Counted from the stretch's first letter, positions 49,132-57,675 are shown. The stretch: DNA of 64,000 nucleotides from Candidatus Cloacimonadales bacterium (GCA_963692475.1 OY829950.1:2520504-2584503), one strand, 5' to 3'. Numbers and translations: made by a program. The notes: generated from the sequence alone by a model not told the origin.

Positions 49132-49935
49132 ATGAAAAAAAGTTTTTTAATTCCTCTAATAATTTCCTTGTTACTCCATGGGTTACTTTTCCTATATAGT
49201 ATCGATATACCTGATTATCAAGCTCCTGAAATTAAAGAATTAGCTATTGAGGTGGAAAAAGTAGAAGAAGTTAAGCCGGAATTTGAAGCAGTTAAACAAA
49301 CGAAAACAGCCCAGATTGAAAAAAAAGAGGCAAGTTCAATTCCTATTGATCAGTTTATAAAGCCAAGAATTGAGAGTGAAATTAATTCTAATGCAGATGA
49401 AGACTATTCCTTTAATCTCTTTGATGAAGATGATAGTGATAGATTTCATGATAGAACTCATACCGCTTCTACTTATGCTCAAAGAGATAGAGATATTTTA
49501 GCTCCAAATTCTCATATCATAAATTATGATGTCCATGATATTCATGAATCTCTGGGCGATAAAGATCCTATCAAAATTGATACCAAGAAATTCAGTAAAA
49601 CTAAACAAGATACTATTTTTATCTCTTTTACTGGAACTAATGACTTTTTCAAAGATACCAATTATGGGGGGGATGACTCATTAATCCGTTCACTTTTTGC
49701 AGGAAAAGAGTTTGACCCAACTAAAAAGGTTTCCCAAAAGTGTAAAGTTTATTTCGAAATTAGAGATGGAAAAATTGGTGGTTCTTTAAAAAATTTGGAA
49801 GGAAATAGCGAATTAGCTATCTGGGTTATAGAAATTTTGCAAGATGCTGATAAGGATGGAAAACTTAAAGCTATGAGCTCTGGAGTCTATGTTCTTGAAT
49901 ATCAGAATAAATTAGTTGATATAAATCAAGATTAA
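49132..49935 (+). CDS. TonB-like energy transducer (putative)
   Basis: N-terminal TM with the SxxxH-like LLLHGLLF motif, an acidic linker, and position after exbBD. The C-terminal domain is only weakly TonB-like. Confidence 0.4.
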   Translation: MKKSFLIPLIISLLLHGLLFLYSIDIPDYQAPEIKELAIEVEKVEEVKPEFEAVKQTKTAQIEKKEASSIPIDQFIKPRIESEINSNADEDYSFNLFDEDDSDRFHDRTHTASTYAQRDRDILAPNSHIINYDVHDIHESLGDKDPIKIDTKKFSKTKQDTIFISFTGTNDFFKDTNYGGDDSLIRSLFAGKEFDPTKKVSQKCKVYFEIRDGKIGGSLKNLEGNSELAIWVIEILQDADKDGKLKAMSSGVYVLEYQNKLVDINQD

Positions 49936-50235
49936 ATTAAAATTAGTAATTAAAAAAAAATGTGGTATTGCTTCGCAATGATTAATAATAAGAAAAATAT
50001 TGCCACGGCTAGCACTGATAAACACGAATAAGAAGGAAGATAAGAATCTTCCAATGATATTCGTTTAAGCTACACCTACCTATGCTAATCTCACGAGTTA
50101 CTTTGTGGTTGAATCGAGGATTTGTTTAATTGTTGAAGGGTAGGTTCGAAACCCTCTTCGGTCGGACGAGTTGTCTTTGGAAGCTTGCTACTTCGCTAAG
50201 CTATGTATAATTTATTAGCGAAGGGAGATGGACAT

Positions 50236-50760
50236 CTTGCCCTTATCATTGCAGAAAGCAATGATAATCTTAACTGGGAAAGCGGGTATCTTGCCCGCAT
50301 CATTGCAGAAAGCAATGATTATCTTAACTGGGAAAGCGAGTATCTTACCCGCATCATTGCAGAAAGCAATGATAATCTTAACTGGGAAAGCGGGTATCTT
50401 GCCCGCATCATTGCAGAAAGCCAATGATAATCTTAACTGGGAAAGCGGGTATCTTGCCCGTATCATTGCGGAAAACAATGATAATCTTAACTGGGAAAGC
50501 GGGTATCTTGCCCGCATCATTGCAGAAAGCAATGATAATCTTAACTGGGAAAGCGGGTATTTTGCCCGCATCATTGCAGAAAGCAATAATAATCTTAACT
50601 GGGAAAGCGGGTATCTTGCCCGCATCATTGCAGAAAGCAATGATAATCTTAACTGGGAAAGCGGGTATTTTGCCCGCATCATTGCAGAAAGCAATAATAA
50701 TCTTAACTGGGAAAGCGGGTATCTTGCCCGCATCATTGCAGAAAGCAATGATTATCTTAA
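50236..50760. repeat. Tandem array of ~9.7 copies of a 54-bp unit, each carrying two inverted repeats
   Basis: Unit CTTGCCCGCATCATTGCAGAAAGCAATGATAATCTTAACTGGGAAAGCGGGTAT. Unit starts: 50236, 50290, 50344, 50398 (55 bp, +1 C), 50453, 50507, 50561, 50615, 50669, 50723 (partial). No unique spacers. Confidence 0.95.
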
Positions 50761-50971
50761 ATCCCGAAAAGTGATGGGGAAGCTTTTAGGCTAAGACCCA
50801 AGGGATGAAACCTCGAGTAGAGGATGCCCATAAAAATCGGTCAAATTAATTAGGACTGGACACTCTTGAAGAAACCACCCCGTCAGTGAAATACACTGCC
50901 ACCCCTCCGCGGAGGGGAATGAACAGAAGGTCGAATTATGATTCGCCCTTACGAACAAAAACCATGAGGAT

Positions 50972-52171
50972 ATGATGAAAAACAGAATAATAACTATAAG
51001 CAATATACAGGATGCCCGAGAAATCCTCCAACAAATCGGAGTTTCATCTCAAGGAGTTGAAGTTATGGCACCCAAAGCTATTGGACGTTCTCTTCTTCTC
51101 TACAATGTTGAGACAGGAGCAGCCAATATAATGAAGCAAGAAGCTTTGATAATCGGAGCTGATCTTGCCATGAGTAAGGGAATAGTGGAAGGGGATAAGA
51201 AGCAATCTAATCTTTTATTTATGGGTGGAGCAAACAAAATATTAGCTCTCATTACCAGGATGAGGCATTATACTAGTATGGGACTTCCTGAAATAAGGGA
51301 GCAACTCTCTACTTTTCGTAAGCAATTACTTTACTGGAGCTTAGAAGATAAGGGAAGAGACTTTAAACCAGAGATTATGGGTATTTTAAATGTTACTCCT
51401 GATTCCTTTTCCGATGGTAATCAACATTTTGAAGTAACAAAAGCTCTTTCTCATGCTCTTCAAATGGTAAAGGATGGTGCTTCAATTATTGATATAGGGG
51501 GAGAGTCAACACGACCAGGTTCACCTCGAGTATCTTTAGAACAAGAACTCCAGAGAGTAATACCAGTAATCAAAGCCATAAGAAAAGAGAGCAATGTTAC
51601 TATTTCTATTGATACTTATAAGGCTGAAGTAGCGAGAAAATCCTTAGAAGCTGGAGCAAGTTTTATTAATGATATTACTGCCTTACAGGGCGATAAGAAC
51701 ATGATAGAAGTGCTAAAAGAATTCCCTCTAAGTAGAATATGCTTAATGCACATGCAGGGAAAGCCTGAAACCATGCAAGAAAATCCTCTTTATTCTAATG
51801 TCATAAATGATATTATTAATTTTTTTGCAGAAAGAATCTCTTTTTGCCAAAAACATAATATCAGCTTAGATAGAATTGTCTTAGATCCTGGAATTGGTTT
51901 TGGGAAAAGTTTAAACCATAATTTAGCTATCTTGAAAAGAATTGATGAGTTTCATATTTTAGGTTGTAAAATTCTTCTTGGTTCATCCCGTAAATCATTT
52001 ATCAATATGATTAGTCCGGCAAGTCCCCAAGATAGGGAAGGGGGGACTATGGCAACAACAGCTCTTGCTTACGAAAGAAAAATTGATATTGTCCGTGTAC
52101 ATAATGTTAAGGATAATGCACAGTTAATTCAAGTGTTATCAGCAATAAATGCAACAAAATTTGAGATTTAA
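50972..52171 (+). CDS. folP: Dihydropteroate synthase with ~130-aa N-terminal extra domain
   Basis: GILNVTPDSFSDG, DIGGESTRPG, DPGIGFGK and RVHNV in the C-terminal 270 aa. The N-terminal IGVSSQGVEVMAPKA...ANIMKQEAL domain resembles extensions seen in long-form FolP. Confidence 0.9.
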   Translation: MMKNRIITISNIQDAREILQQIGVSSQGVEVMAPKAIGRSLLLYNVETGAANIMKQEALIIGADLAMSKGIVEGDKKQSNLLFMGGANKILALITRMRHYTSMGLPEIREQLSTFRKQLLYWSLEDKGRDFKPEIMGILNVTPDSFSDGNQHFEVTKALSHALQMVKDGASIIDIGGESTRPGSPRVSLEQELQRVIPVIKAIRKESNVTISIDTYKAEVARKSLEAGASFINDITALQGDKNMIEVLKEFPLSRICLMHMQGKPETMQENPLYSNVINDIINFFAERISFCQKHNISLDRIVLDPGIGFGKSLNHNLAILKRIDEFHILGCKILLGSSRKSFINMISPASPQDREGGTMATTALAYERKIDIVRVHNVKDNAQLIQVLSAINATKFEI

Positions 52172-52791
52172 TGATGGAAAGACCTTTGATCATAGGAATT
52201 ACAGGAAGCATAGCTTGTGGAAAGTCTGAATTTGTAAAACTATTGGAAACTTCAGGTTTTCATGTATATTCTACAGATAAAATTGGGCATGATGTTCTAT
52301 TTATAGATGAGGTTAAAGAGCAATTAGTTGATAAGTTTGGTAGCCTTATTCTGAGTTCAGATAATAGTATCGATAGAACAAAACTCAGTAAATTTGTCTT
52401 TCAAGATAAAACAAAATTAGAGTATCTAAATTCTGTCACTCATCCTCAAATATTTAATTTAATGAATAATTTAGTAGATAATAGCCAATCTAAGTATATC
52501 TTCTTTGAAGTGCCTCTGCTTTTTGAAGCAAAATTAGAAAACAGTTTTGACTTCATTATTACTATATCTGCTAAGCCTGAGTCTCAACTTCTAAGACTAA
52601 TGAAAAGAGATAACTTATCCAAAGAGGAAGCACTTAACAAAATCTCAAGTCAACTTCCAAGTCCAATTAAAGAAGAAAAAGCTGATTATGTGATAAGTAA
52701 CAATAGTGTTTTAGAAGATTTAAAGCTTCAGCTGTCTTCACTCTTAGAAATCCTACCTACTATTAAATCCAAAACAATAAAGCAATTTTAG
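52171..52791 (+). CDS. coaE: Dephospho-CoA kinase
   Basis: IIGITGSIACGKSE P-loop, ~200 aa; start overlaps the folP stop (TAATG). Confidence 0.9.
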   Translation: MMERPLIIGITGSIACGKSEFVKLLETSGFHVYSTDKIGHDVLFIDEVKEQLVDKFGSLILSSDNSIDRTKLSKFVFQDKTKLEYLNSVTHPQIFNLMNNLVDNSQSKYIFFEVPLLFEAKLENSFDFIITISAKPESQLLRLMKRDNLSKEEALNKISSQLPSPIKEEKADYVISNNSVLEDLKLQLSSLLEILPTIKSKTIKQF

Positions 52792-52801
52792 GAATCCCTT
52801 A

Positions 52802-53827
52802 ATGATAGAAATTATTACCACTATAAATACGAAAACTATTACCTCAGATCTGATTCAAGCTATGTTAGAAGCTGGTTCAACTATTTTTCGGATAAATATG
52901 TCGCACACTGAAATAAGTTCTGCTATCAAAGTAGTTAAACTGATAAGAAAATTAGCAGAAAGTTCAAAATTAGAAACAAGGATTATGATTGATATCCCAG
53001 GACCTGAAGTGAGAATAGCTAACCTAAGAACTAATCATAACCTATCTGCATCTTCTTCCACGAATATCTATTTTGAGCCTAAAAAAGTTGATTATTACTT
53101 TTCCTCAACAATAAAAAAAGACATTATCCAAACAGGTGATAGATTCTACCTCCAAGATGGAGATTTTTCTGGTTCTATTACTGATATCAATCAAGACTAC
53201 TTAACCCTGACTATTGATAATAATAACATTCTTAGACCTAATTGCCATTTCTCTATCCCTGGTAAATCTCTCCACCAAGAATTTCTCTCAAGCCAAGATA
53301 AGGAGATTATCCGAGAAACAGCTCAACTCAAGCCTGATTTCTTTGCCCTTTCTTTTGTAAATTCTCAGCAAGATATTCAAGAATTCCAAGATTATTATAC
53401 TTCATTGGAGATTAACCATAAAGCTCTTATTCTGAGCAAATTCGAAACTGCCAAATCACTTGCGAACATTGAAAGCATTATCAAGAAATCTGATTACCTC
53501 TATATCGCCAGAGGTGATTTAGGTATAGAAGTATCAATTCCACTTATACCCACTCTCCAAAAGCAAATAAGCAGGAAATGCCAAGAACTAAGGAAACCTT
53601 TCTTTGTAGCTACCCAGATGATGGAGTCTATGGTCGCAAAAACTTCACCAACCAGAGCTGAAATATCTGATGTTGCTAATGCTATTTTTGATGGTGCTTC
53701 CGGAGTTACCCTATCTGATGAAACAGCTATCGGCAAACATCCTATTGAAGCTATTCGATGGATGAAGATGATTATTGAGGCTAATGAAGGAGAAGCTACT
53801 TCATCTTTGAAACAATACTCTCATTGA
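52802..53827 (+). CDS. Pyruvate kinase-like protein, barrel (A/B) domains only, lacking the C-terminal domain
   Basis: MLEAGSTIFRINMSHT, ARGDLGIEVSIP, VATQMMESM, PTRAEISDVANAIFDGASGVTLSDETAIGKHP. It ends ~120-130 aa short of canonical PK. Confidence 0.7.
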   Translation: MIEIITTINTKTITSDLIQAMLEAGSTIFRINMSHTEISSAIKVVKLIRKLAESSKLETRIMIDIPGPEVRIANLRTNHNLSASSSTNIYFEPKKVDYYFSSTIKKDIIQTGDRFYLQDGDFSGSITDINQDYLTLTIDNNNILRPNCHFSIPGKSLHQEFLSSQDKEIIRETAQLKPDFFALSFVNSQQDIQEFQDYYTSLEINHKALILSKFETAKSLANIESIIKKSDYLYIARGDLGIEVSIPLIPTLQKQISRKCQELRKPFFVATQMMESMVAKTSPTRAEISDVANAIFDGASGVTLSDETAIGKHPIEAIRWMKMIIEANEGEATSSLKQYSH

Positions 53828-53842
53828 TACTGGGCGAACTTT

Positions 53843-54094
53843 CTAAATTATACTCAAAATTATCTCCTCCCCAGAAAATATGAATTTCACCAGGTGTCCA
53901 ACTTCTTCACGTGCCAAAACAAACAGATCATCAATCCCATCTGCATTAAAATCTAAGGTTGCCATCCATTTGCCATATTCACTATTTCTCCATGGTCCTT
54001 CAAAAGTATTCATTATCGCCATATTGCTTTGGGCAAAGGCATTCAGAGATAAAAGCAATATTAGAGTAACACAGCAATATTTTAATAAATTCAT
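53843..54094 (-). CDS. 83-aa signal-peptide ORF with one FG-GAP/VCBS-like repeat (possible gene remnant)
   Basis: AGGAGG SD; signal peptide ...LSLNAFAQ; DFNADGIDDLFV repeat. It is far shorter than usual FG-GAP proteins and abuts repeat-rich DNA. Confidence 0.35.
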   Translation of the reverse strand: MNLLKYCCVTLILLLSLNAFAQSNMAIMNTFEGPWRNSEYGKWMATLDFNADGIDDLFVLAREEVGHLVKFIFSGEEIILSII

Positions 54095-54203
54095 TGATCC
54101 TCCTATGAGGTTAATAACTTTACTATTTAAATTATAATCTTAAGATATGATTTACGATTTTAGATGTCAATATTTATTACCAACTTTTTATAAAATTGTA
54201 ACC

Positions 54204-54855
54204 GAGACTGTTCAACCATCAATCCACCCTCTCCAATAGCTTATCCTTAAAGATGTTAATATTGTACAACTTCATGTTTTCTTGACATTTTATAATGATT
54301 GTATATTGGTAACAAAGCCTTTTAACTGTGAATGCGGATGACCACATCCGCGTCCAAGCGAAAGCTTGGAAATTCTTAAAAATCCCAGAGGGATGAAAAT
54401 ATAATAGACAGTGCTCGTTAGACACTGTTAAAGATTTCTAGGAAATCTAAGCCCTAAAGGGGCGACAATATTCATTTTGCCATATTAATTTTTTTACTAT
54501 ACTTATTATTACATAAAAACAACTTGTACAATGAAATTATCCCTCTGTTTACATGATTACTAAGAGGTATTATCGCCCCTCCGGGGCTTAGGCTACGGGG
54601 GAATTCTTCTACAGGGTCTAACGAACCCTGCCTATTATGTCAGCATCCTTTGGGTCTTCGCCTAAAAGCTTCGCCCTCACAAGTCAGGATTTAAGAGGCC
54701 TTCTTCCAATATCCAGAATTTAAACCTGAATGAAAACTATAAGTCAATTTTGAAAATAAAAATTATCTTTGTATAAAGTGTGTACTATTTTGAGTCCTTT
54801 TAAAATTAAAGTGTTGAATATCAATTCGTTTATTTGAACAGTCTCTTGTAATCAC
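54204..54855. mobile_element. 652-bp foldback MITE-like element (MITE-C) with 12-bp TIR and 7/8 TSD
   Basis: GAGACTGTTCAA (54204-54215) and TTGAACAGTCTC (54844-54855). Flanks are TTGTAACC (54196-54203) and TTGTAATC (54856-54863). The interior, ~54340-54700, is one long imperfect palindrome. Confidence 0.6.
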
Positions 54856-54908
54856 ACCATCTTAAAATCTGTGTTAATCTGTGTAATCAGTGGTGAAGAA
54901 AAAAGCCC

Positions 54909-54930
54909 CGCTACAGCGAGACTTTTATTA
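54909..54930 (-). terminator. Candidate terminator after the beta-helix gene
   Basis: - strand CUCGC-UGUA-GCGGG followed by GCUUUUUU. Confidence 0.45.
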
Positions 54931-54976
54931 TTATTCATTTTTATCTTTTCATTTTTAGTTCTTGCGAAGCAAGATA

Positions 54977-57442
54977 CTATTTGCTAAGTACCATTTTCTT
55001 AACAGAACTATATGTTTCTGTTCTCAAACTGTAAAAATAAATTCCTGAAGCAACTTTGTTACCATGTTTATCTTGCCCCTTCCAGATATATTCTTGTTTT
55101 CCACTAGAAATATTATCAATGCATTTGATCACTTGTCCTCTTAGATTATAGATTTGGAAGGTGGCTGTTTCTCCATCTTTAACATAGAATTCAAATCTTG
55201 TTTCAGGATTGAAGGGGTTTGGATAGTTATTATTAAGATTAGTAATTGTATATACAGGTTCGATAACATCTTCTCCTTCACCTATCATTAGAGAGATTGG
55301 ACCGAAGTATTCTACAAATCCATTCATTTCATTTGATTGTAACCAGTAGTAATAGGTAACATTCATCTCCACTTCTTCATCAGTATAAGAATATTGAGCT
55401 CCTGTTGAATTATTCTGTGCTTGAATATAAACTGGATTAATTCTCATTGCAGAGTTTATTTCATCTAATTCACTTCTATAAATATTATATCCAATAAGAT
55501 TTGATTCAGATGCTGTCTGCCACATTACATTTGAACAATTAGTACTTGTTAGTATAGCAGTGAATGAAGTAAGCTCGACAGGTAAAGTATCATCTAAGCC
55601 AGGACTATCAGTAATTACAGGGTTACTTTCACCGGATAGGAGTATTGGTTCAGTCCCAATGTTAGATTGATTATCTTCTACATTGACATCATTAATAGTA
55701 GGAGAAGAATCAACTAAATAGATAGCACCACCTTGGTCATGAGGAGCTGGTCCATCTGCATTACCACCACTAATTATCAATCCATCTAAGATAGTGAAGG
55801 CTGAGATATTCTGCGAATAGAGAACATGGTAGCTATTATCATCATTAATCCCAGGTTGTCCAATATCTCCAGTTAGGAATACTAAATACTCATCAGAATT
55901 ACGTGAATCCAAAGTACTATTTTCTGCTGTTGACGCCTCTGCAGGGAAACCTCCATAAATTTGTTTATCACTCTCTAAAATGAATGCTTGTGCTCTTAAA
56001 TCACCTTCCATACCAGGTATATTCTCAGTTGGATAGTATGTTCCCTCTGCTATCCAAACTTGTTCTGCATCAGAATCTAATGCTCCCTGCAAGGAAGAAG
56101 TTGCATTCTCCCATGATGATCCATCAGCACTTCCTGAAGCTACACTCTTAACATAGATGATGCCATTAGCGTCTGCTTGCAAAGTTACTTGATAGAAATG
56201 TTCATAAGGGCCCATATCTACTATTGATTCAATGATGCGAGGATTTCCCAGGATATCAGTAGAGACTGTTACTGGACTTGATGTATAAGTATTAGAACCA
56301 ATATTAAGTAAAGGAGAAGTGATTCTTAAGCGCCAATCACCGGCTTCAGAATTATAAAAATTAGGTCCATTAACTGCATCATTATCGCTATTTAGATTAT
56401 AATTTCCTATCCCTGTATATCCTCCTTGGACACCACAATAGGTTAATGCCATGGATGTTCCACCGATTTGACTAGCACCTGTGTTACCCCATACAATAGT
56501 ATTATATGCTTTTGTCTTGGTTGAATTTGTCCCATAATTGCCTATACCTGAACCAGTTCCAGCTGTTTTATTATTTGCAATAACGCAGTTTATGATAGAA
56601 TGACCTGGTGAAGACCAAGAACAGCAAACTCCTCCACCTCTAGCAGAACTTTCCACTGAATAATTATCTGTTACGATTGAATTGATTAGTTTACCACCAT
56701 TGTGAAGCTTTACACCACCTGCATCGCCTGCATCTGAACTTTGAGCTACTGTTCTGTTTCTTGAAATTACACAGTCCCATAGTTCTCCACCAGAAAAAGT
56801 AATTGCTCCAGCAGCATTTACAGCTTGATTATAGATAATACGGCAATTCTTTAGATAAGCATAAGATGATGTTAAATGAGCTCCACCACCATCATGATAT
56901 GGTTTACCAGATACTTTCTTATTAGCATTCCCACCACTGATAGTGAAACCATCAACAATAGTTTTAGTATATACATTATAATAGTAAATCACATTATAGG
57001 AGTTTTCTGTGTTTTTGATTAGAGAGTGATTATAAGTTTCCCACTGGGAATAATCATCATCATTATTAAGGTCTCCAGAAAGAATAGTCTCATTACTTTG
57101 ACCAATCCAATAATTTATTCTTTGCTCTATTGCTGTCTCATTTCCGGCGAAACCTCCATATAAATCAATGCCATTTTTGATTACAAAGGTCTTTGTTCTG
57201 TTTAAAACAGCTGTTCCTGAGCCTTTAGGATTATAGTCACTTGGTATATATTTACCTTTTGCTACCCAGACTTGATCTCCATTTGAAGCTATGTTTATGG
57301 CAGTTTGAACTTCATTGTACGCACTTGCCCAAGTTAAACCATTGGTATTATCTCCCGTCTTAGAGACATAATATACTGTTGAAAATAGTCCTGTTACTTG
57401 CACTAATAATACTAAAAGAATGATCATTTTTTCTTTACACAT
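54977..57442 (-). CDS. Secreted right-handed beta-helix (Pmp/choice-of-anchor-Q-like) protein with T9SS-type C-terminal sorting domain
   Basis: Signal peptide; two copies of the G..W..A...LQ/VQ.A....QVWVA.G.Y module; Gly/Asn-rich beta-helix repeats (GGGAHL, GGAIYL); CTD YPNPFNPETRFEFYV...IYNLRGQVI...SGIYFYSL. Start at MCKEK behind AAGGAG. Confidence 0.75.
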   Translation of the reverse strand: MCKEKMIILLVLLVQVTGLFSTVYYVSKTGDNTNGLTWASAYNEVQTAINIASNGDQVWVAKGKYIPSDYNPKGSGTAVLNRTKTFVIKNGIDLYGGFAGNETAIEQRINYWIGQSNETILSGDLNNDDDYSQWETYNHSLIKNTENSYNVIYYYNVYTKTIVDGFTISGGNANKKVSGKPYHDGGGAHLTSSYAYLKNCRIIYNQAVNAAGAITFSGGELWDCVISRNRTVAQSSDAGDAGGVKLHNGGKLINSIVTDNYSVESSARGGGVCCSWSSPGHSIINCVIANNKTAGTGSGIGNYGTNSTKTKAYNTIVWGNTGASQIGGTSMALTYCGVQGGYTGIGNYNLNSDNDAVNGPNFYNSEAGDWRLRITSPLLNIGSNTYTSSPVTVSTDILGNPRIIESIVDMGPYEHFYQVTLQADANGIIYVKSVASGSADGSSWENATSSLQGALDSDAEQVWIAEGTYYPTENIPGMEGDLRAQAFILESDKQIYGGFPAEASTAENSTLDSRNSDEYLVFLTGDIGQPGINDDNSYHVLYSQNISAFTILDGLIISGGNADGPAPHDQGGAIYLVDSSPTINDVNVEDNQSNIGTEPILLSGESNPVITDSPGLDDTLPVELTSFTAILTSTNCSNVMWQTASESNLIGYNIYRSELDEINSAMRINPVYIQAQNNSTGAQYSYTDEEVEMNVTYYYWLQSNEMNGFVEYFGPISLMIGEGEDVIEPVYTITNLNNNYPNPFNPETRFEFYVKDGETATFQIYNLRGQVIKCIDNISSGKQEYIWKGQDKHGNKVASGIYFYSLRTETYSSVKKMVLSK

Positions 57443-57647
57443 CTTTACTCCTTTGTAATTCATAGTTTTTAATTATTTGAATAATCTCTCGATATTCCTC
57501 TGGATCAAAGACAAAATTGTTTATTTCATCATCTTTAGTTATAATTGTAATAGCCCATTGGTTGCCATTAAAACTCAACTTTCCGATTTTTTGGGAATCT
57601 TCGAGACTTCTTTTAAAATCGACGATTAATTTTTTTCCATGTTTCAT
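57435..57647 (-). CDS. 70-aa hypothetical ORF overlapping the start of the beta-helix gene (may instead be 5' UTR)
   Basis: Its stop overlaps the downstream ATG region (57435-57442). It has no SD, and the predicted sigma-54 TSS falls ~2 nt before its ATG. Confidence 0.3.
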   Translation of the reverse strand: MKHGKKLIVDFKRSLEDSQKIGKLSFNGNQWAITIITKDDEINNFVFDPEEYREIIQIIKNYELQRSKDV

Positions 57648-57659
57648 ATTTTACTATTA

Positions 57660-57675
57660 AGCAAATCAGATACCA
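57660..57675 (-). promoter_or_regulatory. Candidate sigma-54 (-24/-12) promoter
   Basis: - strand TGGTAT-CTGAT-TTGCT, with GG-N10-GC spacing and exact TTGC at -12. Confidence 0.45.

Noticed and set aside
50134-50157. tRNA/tmRNA-like T-arm (GGTTCGAAACCC)
   Set aside because: The hairpin AGGGT-AGGTTCGAA-ACCCT has a 9-nt loop, and no acceptor, D or anticodon arms can be built around it.
50236-50760. CRISPR array
   Set aside because: Units are directly abutting copies with no unique spacers, no cas genes are in the window, and the 54-bp unit is longer than typical CRISPR repeats.
50203-50794. Four long ORFs (three +, one -) across the tandem array, encoding 18-aa repeat peptides such as NLNWESGYLARIIAESND
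   Set aside because: They are open only because the 54-bp (18-codon) unit lacks stops in those frames. The 1-nt insertion in unit 4 changes frame mid-array. There is no SD or plausible start context, and simultaneous openness in four frames is a repeat artefact. Kept as a refutation test for the array finding.
50776-50971. THF (folate) riboswitch upstream of folP, prompted by a GAGUAG-containing segment and several hairpins
   Set aside because: I could not align the rest of the conserved THF-riboswitch core. Part of the segment is a dispersed repeat also found in the 54.3-54.7 kb foldback element, so it is not a folP-specific leader. A cmsearch would settle it.
53880-54137. 85-aa + strand ORF
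   Set aside because: It is antisense to the SD-preceded signal-peptide ORF 53843-54094, with no SD and no motif.
54219-54425. 68-aa - strand ORF
   Set aside because: It lies entirely within the foldback MITE-C arm and has no SD, so it is probably fortuitous.
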